A stretch of DNA of 64,000 nt from a virus. Lineage: Duplodnaviria; Caudoviricetes. Positions 1 to 11,200 of this stretch are shown one piece after another. A program made the translations under genes and the position numbers. Under the pieces are notes generated by a model. The model did no database searches. It saw only the letters and a list, made by a program, of their open reading frames with translations, and was not told where the DNA came from. Numbering within the stretch: the first letter of the stretch is position 1; the number at the start of each line of letters is the position of its first letter. The stretch is from the IMG/VR virus record IMGVR_UViG_3300042481_000164, positions 32,001-96,000 of that record; one strand, written 5' to 3'.

Positions 1-3000
1 AGAATTTATAAGTTTTTGGAAAACATGTTTGGTAAAGTAAGTAAGAAAGATCTTGCTACTAGACCAAGAGACATTGCATCTGTAAAAGAATTGTTTGATA
101 ACCTATATCAAGCATCTGAAAAACCAGAGTTGTTACAAAACATGCAACCATCTACAGATAACATGATGTTTACTCAATTGAATAGATCAAAAGCAATTGT
201 TTCTGTAAAAGATGTTGTAGCTAAATATGAACCTTTTGATTCTGCTGAGTCATTAAAAGTTGTAAGCTATTTAGATAGCATGATTCCAGAAATTTTTAAT
301 GCTGTAAATGAACAAAAGAATACTTCTTCTTCACCAGTAAGAGTATTACAAACTAATGGAAATAGAAAACATTTATACAAAGTTTTAGAAAATAAAATAG
401 CTGAAAGAATTGAAGCTTTAAAAACAGATTTTGCAAAAAAAGCTTCTGAAGGTTTAGAAATTAATACTCAAGATTTAAATCAATTACCATTCTTAGCTAA
501 ATTATTAGATAATTTTGGAGATATAACAAGCAGTGTTGAAGGTAAAGACCAAAAAGGTGCTATTGCTTTTCATATGCAAAACTCTAGATTTAAAATTTTA
601 GCTAATACATTTGTTGAATTAGAAGAAGATCCAACTGACATAGAACAATCTAGAATTGTAAGACTTGATGGAGGTAATATTTTTTCTTCAAGAGAAGCAG
701 CAAGTCAAGAGACTAAAACTATTTTGTCTAGTATCTATAAAATAGATAGAAACAAAACAAAAGTTGGTGTAGATGATAATGGAAAACCAACTCTTTCTGT
801 ACAATATGAAATAGATCCTGAAACAGGATTGTATGTTCTATTGGATGAGAAAGAAATGTGGAGTAAGGTTGCTAAAGTATTAGCAGGTTCTTTTGATAAA
901 ACTGAAATGTACAAAAGACTTTCAGAAGGTGTAATGGATAACCCAGAGTTTTTACAGTTGTTATCTTATTTACCAAACCCTGAAGATGCTGACTACAAAG
1001 ATAAAGCTGAGTTTGACATTGAAACTAAATTTTGGCAAGACCTTAAAAAACCTAGATTATCATATGTACAATTAAACTTGAACATTACAAAAAGTGCAAC
1101 AGATGTTATATCAGAAGCAAGAGTACAAAGAACTGATTTTGATAGAAGTAAGGTTTTAAAAGATTGGGAGATAAACTTTCTTACTGTTGCTCAATCAGAG
1201 TTTATTGTTGAAAATGAAGCTGGTCAAAGAGTGCTTGATTTAGATAAGCTTGTTAAATATTATAAGAATAATTTAAAACCAAGTAATGTTCTTGAATTCC
1301 TAAATGCATTAGGTATTGTAATGGACACATCTAATCCTACTATTGCAAGTGTTGTAGAAGATCCAAACTTCATGAATAAATTTGCTATAGGGCAGATATA
1401 TGATTCTTTAGAGCAAATCAGTAAAACATATGACAAAGAGAAGTTTAAGTTTTTACGCAACCCTCTTTCTTATTTAAAATCTAGTTTACCTAAAACTTTA
1501 GATCCAGGAAGTAAATTTGACTCTTCATCAAGAATTAAAGAACTTGCTAATATTCAAGTAAGATTTTCTGATAAGTATTCTAACTTTAGTGCTATAAGCC
1601 CTGAAGGAAACAGAGTGTGGGAACATTTTTTAGATAATACTTTTACAAGAATCATGACTTCTTTAAATCATGCAAAGTCTTGGCAAGAACTTACAAATCC
1701 TGATGCTGATCCTAATGGTTTATTTAGACACATGAGATACTTAGCATATGATAATAATACCTATACAAGACATTCTGTATTATTAAAATCATTGTTTAAT
1801 AGCTTGTTGGATGTAAACAATCCTGGTGGTAAAAAAGATAACAGATTAGTTATTCAAAATGTAGCTGGTACACAGTTAATTGATAAAAAAAGTAACAAAT
1901 CAACAGGTGTTTCTACAGCATCAATGGATGCTACAAGTAAATACTTACAAGAGATCCACACTATGTTGATGAATGGTGTAGAAGAGTTCATGAGACATGC
2001 TTCTAAACAAATGTCACAAGGTATTGTATTGCAAAAAGGTATCCGTACTTATGATGGTAAAAAGTCTACAAACTTATATGTGGATCTAGAAAAGTTTTTA
2101 CCAACTAGTACTGATGGTGAGAGATATGCATTTAATATTTTAGCAGGTTACTTATCAGGAGAAGTAAATAGAATTTTCAAATTTAGTTCTGACTTAAAAA
2201 AATATGAACAGTTTACTGGTTATACAAGATCTGTTGAAAGAAAGACTGGTAAAGTTGTAATGGCTGGACAAGCTCTTGCTGCTTTTGAAGATGTACTATC
2301 TAAAGAAACACAAGAAAAGATTTATAAAATAGTAGACAGTGCTGTTAAAAACAAAGAAACTGACTTTGATTTTTCAGACATCTATGAAAATAATCCTACT
2401 CTTACAGTAGAGATAAAAAAAGATGTAGCTAAATATTTTGGTCATATAACTGATGAGTTAAAAAATAGACTTGATCAAACTAAATTTATTGATCCTACTT
2501 TAAGAGCAAGAGTTGATAACAAGGGTGTAGAACTTACTCCTGATGAGTCTGATAGAACATTGCTTAAAGCATATGCTTACAACTCTTGGATTCATAAGTT
2601 TGAGACTGCTATTCTTGGTTATGGAGATTTTGCACAGTATAACCACTCTAAAGAAGAGTTCCATAAAAGAAATGCTGGTTTTGGTTCTGGTGGATTAGGC
2701 TTTGCTTCTGATTTAAAAACAAGAAGTTTTGTAAATAAAATGACAAAACTATTTGATAAAAAAGCACCAAGAAAACCATATGACGGTACTTTAACTACAG
2801 CAATCATAAAAGAAAGAGAAATAGAAAAATCTGTATACTATGATGAGTACTATGATGCTCTTGTAAAAGAATATACTAAAAGATTTGGTGATAAAGCTAA
2901 AGCTGAGGAATTAGCTGAAACAGCATTGAAAGAATACAAAGGTATGAAGATTGGTGATGGTCAAGGTCATATCAGTTTTGAATCTTACAGAATGCTTAAA

Positions 3001-6000
3001 AATCTTGAAGGTAATTGGTTACCAGAACAAGAAGAGTTATATAAAAAGTTAGCTAACGGAGAAGATGTATCTACAGAAGATATAGTACATTATTTTCCTC
3101 CATATAAACTACAGTATTGTGGTCCTATGGAAACTACAGGTTTACCACTTACTTCTTTTCATAAATTTTCTCTTGCTCCAATTGTACCAGGTGTAGCTAA
3201 AAAGGGTACACCACTTTATAATTTACATCAAAAAATGATGCTGAATGATATAGACTATGTGTTATTTGAATCAGGGTCAAAAGTAGGTCATTTAGGTAAA
3301 GGTGATGAGGTGTATGATAAGGATGGTAATATTCTGATGAATGTACCATTTACAAAAAATATAGTTTTTACTGACTTCTTAAAAAATCAAACAGAAGTTA
3401 ACTCTGAATATAAAGGTAAATCTATCTTCTCAACTCAGATGAGAAAGTTAATCTTAGATAACTTATATGAAAATGGTGCTATTAATTCTCCAAATGAAGA
3501 AGATGTAGTTTCTCCATTAGTAAAAAGATATCTTAATAATGTGTCTGATTATACTGAGTTAGTTAAATTAGAGTTACTAGAAGAAATTGGATTTGATGAA
3601 ACTAGTACTGGTGAGTATGTTCCAAGAGATAAAGAAAGCATTGGTAAATTACTGTCTCTTGTAAGAAACAACTTAGATAGAGAAGAATCTTACAGTGATG
3701 AAATGCTTAACTTTATTGATGCCTTAGATAGTGGTCAGTTATTACATGACTTATCATTACATCCAGAAGCATTAAAAATTGAGAAACTTTTATTGTCTCT
3801 GATTAACAAAAGAGTTATCAAACAAAAAGTAAAAGGAGAACCACTTGTACAAGTATCTTCTGCTTTTTATGAAAATAACTTAACAGAATCTCCTAAATTC
3901 AGAAATGCAACAGATGCTGATAAGAAAAAATGGGTTGGTAGCAATTTACTTCCTACATACCATAAGATGGCAGATGGTAAAACTGCAGCAATGAAGGTTA
4001 TGATTGCATTACAGGGGGACTATGCTAACTTGTTAAATCTTGATTATAATGGACAGACTATTGAGACTCTAGATAGATTAAACCAAGCTATCAAAGATGA
4101 TGAATGGTTAGATGCAAATAATGGCGCTAACAGAAAAGCAATAACTCTTGTAGGGGTTAGGATTCCAGTTCAAGGTCTAAACTCTATGGAGTTTATGGAA
4201 GTATATGAATTCTTACCAGCACAAGCAGGTAATATTATTATTCCTCCAGCAGAGATAGTTGCTAAGTCAGGGGGTGACTTTGATATTGATAAACTTACAA
4301 TCTTCATGACTAACATAGATCAGGAAGGTAAGCTTAAATCAAGACTGTTTAACAATACTACAGAGTTAAAGTCTCAGTTAGCTACTATAAAAGGTGATAA
4401 AGAGAAATCAATTACTAAGGTATTTAAACAACAAAAAGCGGGAGTTGAGAATGACTTAATGAATGATATCAAAGAAATACTTGAACTTCCTCAAAATTTT
4501 GGATCCCTTGTTACACCAAATGGAACTTTCCTACTGAAGGATATAGCAGATGATTTAGCAACAGATGTAATGGAATACAATCCATTTAAGAATTACATGA
4601 CTGCTGAAACTAGAGAGCCTAAGAAAAATAAAAAAATAATTAGTGCTACCAGAGTATTAGAACCTTTATATAACTTATATAAACATGAGTCTAATATTGT
4701 TGGTAAGAAAACATTAGGTCTTGGTGCAGTAGAAAATACAATGAATGTATTATTAAACTCAATTGGAGCTTTAATGCCTAAAACATATACTAATTATAAA
4801 GGTATTTCAAGAGATACTAGTTTAGGTTTGAGACACAATACAAGAGAATTTAATAATGAAAAAAGAATTTCTTTATCAAACTTATATGATGTTGACAACA
4901 CTAATAAAATAGCGGATGTATTTTCACAAGCTATGAATGGTTGGGTAGATGTTGAAAAAGATGCATGGATTTTCTTTATCCAGGGTAACTATGAAGTAGC
5001 TCCAACATTATTATATCTTATTAAAGCAGGTGTACCTGTTAAAGAAGCTATTTACTTTGTGTCACAACCATTAGTGAGAGAATATGTAGATGAACAACGC
5101 TTGGCTAAATCAACATTTGGTGATGTATTAGGAAAAACTCCTGAAAACAAAGCCTTGGTTAAATATCAAGCTGCTTCTACAATTATTAATAAGTATTTTG
5201 ATGCTAATGTTGTACCAGCAAAAGGTAAATCTGAAGAAAGATTCAGGGCTGCTACTAATTTGTTTAACAAATTTATGGCTGATAGAAAAGATAAAGTTTT
5301 TACAGAAAAAGAAATGCGTGATTTAATTAGAGATTCTAAAAGAACACCTTCTGAAAAAATGTCTGACTTATCTTTAACTATGTTCATGCACTATTTAGAT
5401 ATTGAAGACCAGATTAAAGGTATCACACAGATTAAAATGAATGCTAATCCTGATACAAATATTAAATCTGTAATATCTGATATTGAAACTTCAGAAGGAA
5501 GATTAGAAAACTTAGAAAACAATCCTGAGTTACAACCTATAATTTCTGCATTAATGAGTGATTCAGTTATCAGCTCATTCTTTAATAATAAACTAGCATT
5601 ATCTTTAGCTGCACCATTATTTAAGTTAAGATATAACAGTGCAATCCGTAAATTTATTAAAGGAAAAGATGATGCGGGTGATTTATTACAAGCTGTTATA
5701 TCAACATTTGGTGAAGCAGGTAGAGATAATTATCTAAACACATTTAGAAATGATTTAGTAACCTATATTTTTCAAAACACACTTGTTAAGACAGATATTA
5801 AAAAAGGTTACATGTCATATGATACAAAAGAATTACCAGCAAAACAAATGGTATCTGATAAATTTGGAGCTTTTGTAAAAACTAATACTGATGGTTCTAA
5901 AACTTTGTTTTACAATCTTGAAAATTTAGAAAAAGAATATCTATCTGAAAAGTGGAAAAACACATCTCAAAAACCTAATTACTATTCTAGCTTAGGTTTA

Positions 6001-8292
6001 CATCCTCTTCCAGCAAATACTTTTACAATTGCAAAAGGTCAAAATAGTAAAGCATATGCAAGATTTGTGATGGAAAGAGAATATTTAAGATCAGTGTACC
6101 CTATTGCTGAAACAGGTTTAGACAAAGCAAACTATGAAGAATTTTTAGCAAATAGAGCATTGGATAATACTTTTAATGTTAACCATTTATTCTCTGATCC
6201 TAAAAATGCTTTTGCTATAAGACTGTATGATATAATCTTAACTAATCCTAAGCTTGTAAATAAATTTGATATTTTGTCTAAACTACAACTTGACAACAAC
6301 ACAGAAAACACTATGTTTAATCTTGAGTTAGTTGACCGTGACATTGATAATATCAAAGCAAATATCTATACTAAAAACTTATCTGACTTAGCTAATCCAG
6401 TTTTGTTAAAATCATTAGCAACTGAATTAAGTTTGAGTGATCAAGAAATAGAAAATATAACAGACATATTCTCAAGACTTCCTTTATTTGCATACTTGCA
6501 ATCAGGTATTAATAAGACTAAAGCTAACTTGGTTCCTTATGTAAGTACAAAACCTTTCTTGGATATTATGGATGATGCTGTAAAAGATTTCACAGGACTA
6601 TTAGCAGACTCTGGTAAAGCTGAAAGAGTATTACAAGATTTCTATGATAAATTTAATACTCAAAACAGTTATGATAACAAAGACAAAAATAGATTCAAAA
6701 ACTATTTTACAGATATTAACTTTGACAAAATAGAATCTAAAGCAGTTACTCCTAAAGTACAAACTCCAACTGAAGGTAAAAAGAAAGAACTTTTTACATT
6801 TGAAAAAGGAATGGAAAAAAAATCATTTAGAGGTAAACCATTAAGCTTTGTAGATAAAATCCCTACTGCTAAAGATACTGTTGTTGCAATGCGTAATAAT
6901 AGAACTACAGGCTTGATCACTATTGATGCAAAAGCAATGGCTCAAAAATTTATTGATAAAGCTTGGACTAAACCTGCTAAACAATTAGATGATAGTTATG
7001 CAAAACCTTTATCAGAAAATGAATTTAAATCTGCTAATGAATTTTTTACATTTGCATTAATACATGAAGTTAAACATGATACTATTTTTAAACAAGAAGG
7101 TGAAAATACCGGTGCTTATGAAGATAGGATTAATCAAGCTGCTCTTGAAGATTTAAGAAAAAACTATAATGCTCAAGTAGAAGCTGAAGCTAAAATAGAC
7201 TTTCAAGAAGAACCAACAAAAGGTTACACAGAAAGAACTAAAAAGAATGCATTAGCTGATGCTACAATTGATTTTGGTTTAAATCAAGAAGGGGAATCTT
7301 GGACTAAAAAAGCTGTAGATAATAACAAAAAGAAATATATTGGAATAAATACTAATAACCTTGCAGTTACACCTGAAATGGTTAGTAAAATAGTTAATGC
7401 TTTAAATAGTGTTAATGCTAAAACATTAAATATAGCTGGTATGGGTATTTATAATATGAAGCAATATACTCAAGAGCAAGTTGATGATTTTACTTATGAT
7501 TTATTAAACCAAGTATTAAACTCATCTGATCTTAAAACTAAAATACAAAGTATCAGAAGTGGTGGTCAAACAGGATTTGATGAAGCTGGTGCAAAAGCAA
7601 GTATGAAATTAGGATTACCAACAATAGTACTTGCACCAAATGGTTGGACATATAGAGATGTAAACAGTAAAGATATTTCAAATAAAGAAAAATTTATTGC
7701 AAGATTTGGACAACCACAAGCTGAGACTGAAGTAGAAACTAAAAACTTGACAACTACTAATGAACCTAATGTGTTTATATTTGATGATAGTAAAACTAAA
7801 ACTGCAGATTACTACAGACAATTAACTAGTGCTAATTCTACAGTAGGTTTTGTATATAATGCAAGTAAACAAGAAATAGAAAAAAATCTTACACTACCAG
7901 AGCAGTCACTTTTAAGATTTGTTTCACCTGATACAGCACTACCATTTATCACAAGTTTGGACACTAATTCTGATAACTTTAGTACTTTAGCATCTGAAAA
8001 TTATCAAAGTATAAAAAACTATTTTGATAGAAAAATTCAAGAGCTTAAAAATGCTAAGGACTCAGGATTCAAAATTGCACTTCCTATAGAAGGAATAGGT
8101 AATGTTAACAAAATGCCTGAAGAATTATTTGTATATTTAAGTAAGAGGTTATTTGAAGAATTAGGTTATCTAAATCCTGGTTCTACAATGTATCAAGACA
8201 TTAAAGAAATATTAAGTAATAAACAAGGTATATCAGATGATGAAATTCTAGCATCATTAGGTTTTGAATCTGATCCTTTTAACTGTGTATAA
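1..8292 (+). CDS. Virion-packaged DNA-directed RNA polymerase, crAss-like (phi14:2 gp66-like); 5' truncated by window edge
   Basis: 2758+ aa ORF with AKSGGDFDIDKL catalytic DxDxD motif (nt 4276-4290), RIPVQGLNSM and DGQGHIS motifs; frame is open from base 1, so the true start lies upstream. Confidence 0.9.
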   Translation, partial: RIYKFLENMFGKVSKKDLATRPRDIASVKELFDNLYQASEKPELLQNMQPSTDNMMFTQLNRSKAIVSVKDVVAKYEPFDSAESLKVVSYLDSMIPEIFNAVNEQKNTSSSPVRVLQTNGNRKHLYKVLENKIAERIEALKTDFAKKASEGLEINTQDLNQLPFLAKLLDNFGDITSSVEGKDQKGAIAFHMQNSRFKILANTFVELEEDPTDIEQSRIVRLDGGNIFSSREAASQETKTILSSIYKIDRNKTKVGVDDNGKPTLSVQYEIDPETGLYVLLDEKEMWSKVAKVLAGSFDKTEMYKRLSEGVMDNPEFLQLLSYLPNPEDADYKDKAEFDIETKFWQDLKKPRLSYVQLNLNITKSATDVISEARVQRTDFDRSKVLKDWEINFLTVAQSEFIVENEAGQRVLDLDKLVKYYKNNLKPSNVLEFLNALGIVMDTSNPTIASVVEDPNFMNKFAIGQIYDSLEQISKTYDKEKFKFLRNPLSYLKSSLPKTLDPGSKFDSSSRIKELANIQVRFSDKYSNFSAISPEGNRVWEHFLDNTFTRIMTSLNHAKSWQELTNPDADPNGLFRHMRYLAYDNNTYTRHSVLLKSLFNSLLDVNNPGGKKDNRLVIQNVAGTQLIDKKSNKSTGVSTASMDATSKYLQEIHTMLMNGVEEFMRHASKQMSQGIVLQKGIRTYDGKKSTNLYVDLEKFLPTSTDGERYAFNILAGYLSGEVNRIFKFSSDLKKYEQFTGYTRSVERKTGKVVMAGQALAAFEDVLSKETQEKIYKIVDSAVKNKETDFDFSDIYENNPTLTVEIKKDVAKYFGHITDELKNRLDQTKFIDPTLRARVDNKGVELTPDESDRTLLKAYAYNSWIHKFETAILGYGDFAQYNHSKEEFHKRNAGFGSGGLGFASDLKTRSFVNKMTKLFDKKAPRKPYDGTLTTAIIKEREIEKSVYYDEYYDALVKEYTKRFGDKAKAEELAETALKEYKGMKIGDGQGHISFESYRMLKNLEGNWLPEQEELYKKLANGEDVSTEDIVHYFPPYKLQYCGPMETTGLPLTSFHKFSLAPIVPGVAKKGTPLYNLHQKMMLNDIDYVLFESGSKVGHLGKGDEVYDKDGNILMNVPFTKNIVFTDFLKNQTEVNSEYKGKSIFSTQMRKLILDNLYENGAINSPNEEDVVSPLVKRYLNNVSDYTELVKLELLEEIGFDETSTGEYVPRDKESIGKLLSLVRNNLDREESYSDEMLNFIDALDSGQLLHDLSLHPEALKIEKLLLSLINKRVIKQKVKGEPLVQVSSAFYENNLTESPKFRNATDADKKKWVGSNLLPTYHKMADGKTAAMKVMIALQGDYANLLNLDYNGQTIETLDRLNQAIKDDEWLDANNGANRKAITLVGVRIPVQGLNSMEFMEVYEFLPAQAGNIIIPPAEIVAKSGGDFDIDKLTIFMTNIDQEGKLKSRLFNNTTELKSQLATIKGDKEKSITKVFKQQKAGVENDLMNDIKEILELPQNFGSLVTPNGTFLLKDIADDLATDVMEYNPFKNYMTAETREPKKNKKIISATRVLEPLYNLYKHESNIVGKKTLGLGAVENTMNVLLNSIGALMPKTYTNYKGISRDTSLGLRHNTREFNNEKRISLSNLYDVDNTNKIADVFSQAMNGWVDVEKDAWIFFIQGNYEVAPTLLYLIKAGVPVKEAIYFVSQPLVREYVDEQRLAKSTFGDVLGKTPENKALVKYQAASTIINKYFDANVVPAKGKSEERFRAATNLFNKFMADRKDKVFTEKEMRDLIRDSKRTPSEKMSDLSLTMFMHYLDIEDQIKGITQIKMNANPDTNIKSVISDIETSEGRLENLENNPELQPIISALMSDSVISSFFNNKLALSLAAPLFKLRYNSAIRKFIKGKDDAGDLLQAVISTFGEAGRDNYLNTFRNDLVTYIFQNTLVKTDIKKGYMSYDTKELPAKQMVSDKFGAFVKTNTDGSKTLFYNLENLEKEYLSEKWKNTSQKPNYYSSLGLHPLPANTFTIAKGQNSKAYARFVMEREYLRSVYPIAETGLDKANYEEFLANRALDNTFNVNHLFSDPKNAFAIRLYDIILTNPKLVNKFDILSKLQLDNNTENTMFNLELVDRDIDNIKANIYTKNLSDLANPVLLKSLATELSLSDQEIENITDIFSRLPLFAYLQSGINKTKANLVPYVSTKPFLDIMDDAVKDFTGLLADSGKAERVLQDFYDKFNTQNSYDNKDKNRFKNYFTDINFDKIESKAVTPKVQTPTEGKKKELFTFEKGMEKKSFRGKPLSFVDKIPTAKDTVVAMRNNRTTGLITIDAKAMAQKFIDKAWTKPAKQLDDSYAKPLSENEFKSANEFFTFALIHEVKHDTIFKQEGENTGAYEDRINQAALEDLRKNYNAQVEAEAKIDFQEEPTKGYTERTKKNALADATIDFGLNQEGESWTKKAVDNNKKKYIGINTNNLAVTPEMVSKIVNALNSVNAKTLNIAGMGIYNMKQYTQEQVDDFTYDLLNQVLNSSDLKTKIQSIRSGGQTGFDEAGAKASMKLGLPTIVLAPNGWTYRDVNSKDISNKEKFIARFGQPQAETEVETKNLTTTNEPNVFIFDDSKTKTADYYRQLTSANSTVGFVYNASKQEIEKNLTLPEQSLLRFVSPDTALPFITSLDTNSDNFSTLASENYQSIKNYFDRKIQELKNAKDSGFKIALPIEGIGNVNKMPEELFVYLSKRLFEELGYLNPGSTMYQDIKEILSNKQGISDDEILASLGFESDPFNCV

Positions 8293-8294
8293 AA

Positions 8295-11200
8295 ATGGTT
8301 TGTGAAGTTAAATTAAAGTCAATCAAGTTTTTAGAAGATGAAAAAGCTACTAATGATGTAAGAAAGATAATTGATATAGCAAAGTTTGATAAGCTCAACA
8401 GGAGTCTTACCAAACTTGCTGTTGATAAGTATGGTCTTGAGACTAATGGTGAAAATCTTTTTGAGAATAGAGAAATTAAAATCAAAGATGTAAGAACCTC
8501 TACATACAGAAGAGATACTTTTGTTACTATAAATAGAGCAGAGCCAAATGATCCTTTATTTGAGAAACTTCAAGAACTAAAAGAAAGGTATGATCAAAGA
8601 AATGAAATAGCTAAAAATGCTATTTTACCAGAAACTACTACACAAGCACAACCAAAATTCATTAGAGAAAAACAGGCTAATCCAGATTTTCCAGTTATTC
8701 CAATGGATTTAAATACTATTAATCAGCAGCAATCAAAAGTAGTTGCTGAAGCTATAGCATCTAAATTAGCTGCTAAAATGGGAGTAAACTATCATACGGT
8801 TACTTCTGAACAAGCTACACAAATGCTTAAAAACAATCCGGTACCATATAGAGGTGAGCCAGCTTTCTTTTATAATGGTGCAGTATTTATTGTTGGAGAC
8901 AATGTTAAACCAGGAATTCTCCTACATGAGTTTTCTCATCCATTACTTCAAGGTTTAAGAAAGACTAATGCAAAGTTGTTTAATAGCTTATTTGAACAAT
9001 TAGCAAAGACAGAGGAAGGTTTAGGTATAATTGATTATGTGTCTAGAGCATATCCAGAACTAGATGCTACTTCTGATTTATTCAAAGAAGAAGCATTAGC
9101 TTTTGCTTTACAATTAAAATCTTTAAATAAACTTGAGAAACAAATTGAGACAGAAGGTTTCCAGTCCTTTATAAGTAAGTTATTAGCTTCATTAAAACAG
9201 TTTTTACGTGATATATTTGGAAATGGTGTAAACTTGAAAAACCTAAATGAATCCACATCTCTTGATGAGTTATCAGAAATGCTACTTGATGATACTATGT
9301 TTGATTTTAGTGAAGTAAAGTTAACAGAGGATGATCTTGTTATGTATGTTAGAGACATTTTTGATGAAGCAGACAAACTTTCACAAAGTGTTAATGCTTC
9401 TACACTACAAAACATAGTTAATGAGGTTTATGCTAGTCATGTTGGTATTGTTAATCAGATTAAAGACTTTAAGGCTGATAAGGTAACCAAAGAAATGTTA
9501 CAAAGAACTTTGGATAAACAGGGAACAACAGAGTTTTTACCTGCTGTAAGAAAGATTCTTTCTGGATACCAAAACATAAACAATCTACAAGACTTGGTTA
9601 ATGAAGACTTAGAAGACTTAGACAGAAGTAAACAAATGGCCGGGGCTTTAATCAATAGTATTGATAGAATTAACTCATCCAGTGAGAATATTATCAAAGA
9701 ACTAAATAACATCTCCAAACAACCTAATTTAATCAATAATAGAAACACTATAGCTTTATTAGGTATATATAAAAATACATCTCAAGCTTGGTTAAATATT
9801 GTTGATGAAATCAATACAGCTTTAGATGAGTTAGACATTGACAAAAATAGTGAGTTCTATACATTAGTTACAGGTATTGTTAATAATGCAACAGTTATAA
9901 ACTCTAAGATTGCAGACATTTATAAAAGAGGTAATGTACAATTCTTTGTAGAAATTACAGGTTACATGAATGAGTTTGTAAACAAAGAATTAAAAGGTAA
10001 CCTTGGTATTGCATTAAAAAAAGCTTATCCTGAAGACCAGTTAGAAGCTGCGGTAGATGATTTGTATAATAAGATTGTTCAACAAAGATTGAGTAATGAG
10101 GACTTACAAAAAATGTATAGTAAAGGTGTACCAGCAAATATTCTTCAAGAATTTATTGACAAGTACAATAAATATATAGTTAGTAAAGACGATATAAAAG
10201 ATGCACTTACAGGACATGCTAAAGATGTAAGTTGGTTTAACAGATGGTTGGAATCTTATTCATCCAGTAATGATATTATAGTAGGGCCATTAGCAATGTT
10301 TATTCAAAATCAAAGAACTGAGGTAGAGACTAAAGTTTGGAGAGCTTCTCAAGATTTTAGAAGTAAACTTGCTGATTTATTACCTAAAGTAAATTTTAAT
10401 AAACTTAATCAGAATCAGATTTTAAATATGGTTTCTGGTAAAGACAAAATATTTTACTTTAACAAAAAAACTAAAGCTTATGAAGCCAAAGAAGTTTACA
10501 CATTTTTAAATGAGTTTGGAAATGGTTGGAGATTTGAGCTTGATAGACTAGAGTATGAGTATGAAGAAGCTAAAAAAACTGGTGATAAAGAAGCAATTGC
10601 TAAAGCTCTTGATGAATTAAGACAGTTTAATAAAGATTATATGTGGCAAGAATACACATTAGATTTTTATGAAAAAGATGATGTATTTAAAAATTCTGAA
10701 ATAGGGTCTTTAGCATATGCTGCAAGAAGATCCGCTCTTGATAATTACTTAAACTTGCAAAACAGTTTGCAAAAAGAGTATGAAAGATTTGAAAAATACA
10801 GTGAATTACAGGAAGCCTTTAGAAGTTACCAAAGATTATATTCTTTACAGAATGAAGATGGAACTGAGAAAGTTGATGATCCTGCAAAAGGTATTTATGA
10901 TAAATCTATTGCTGAGTTATTAATCAAACACAGACAAGAAACTAGTAAGTTCTATGAATGGGTTCCAATTACTAATTCATTAGATACTGCTTATAATGAG
11001 TTTATCACAGAGCTTCAGTCAAAAAATATTAAAAAAGGTACTAAAGAATATGACACTAAATTAAGAGAGTGGCAAAAACAAAACATTAGAGTTGTTTATT
11101 CTGAGAAATACTATGAGACAAGAACTAATTTATTTGAAAGACTTAAAGCAGTTCAAGATCAAATAAATTCACAATTAGGTACAACATACAATGTTTCTGA

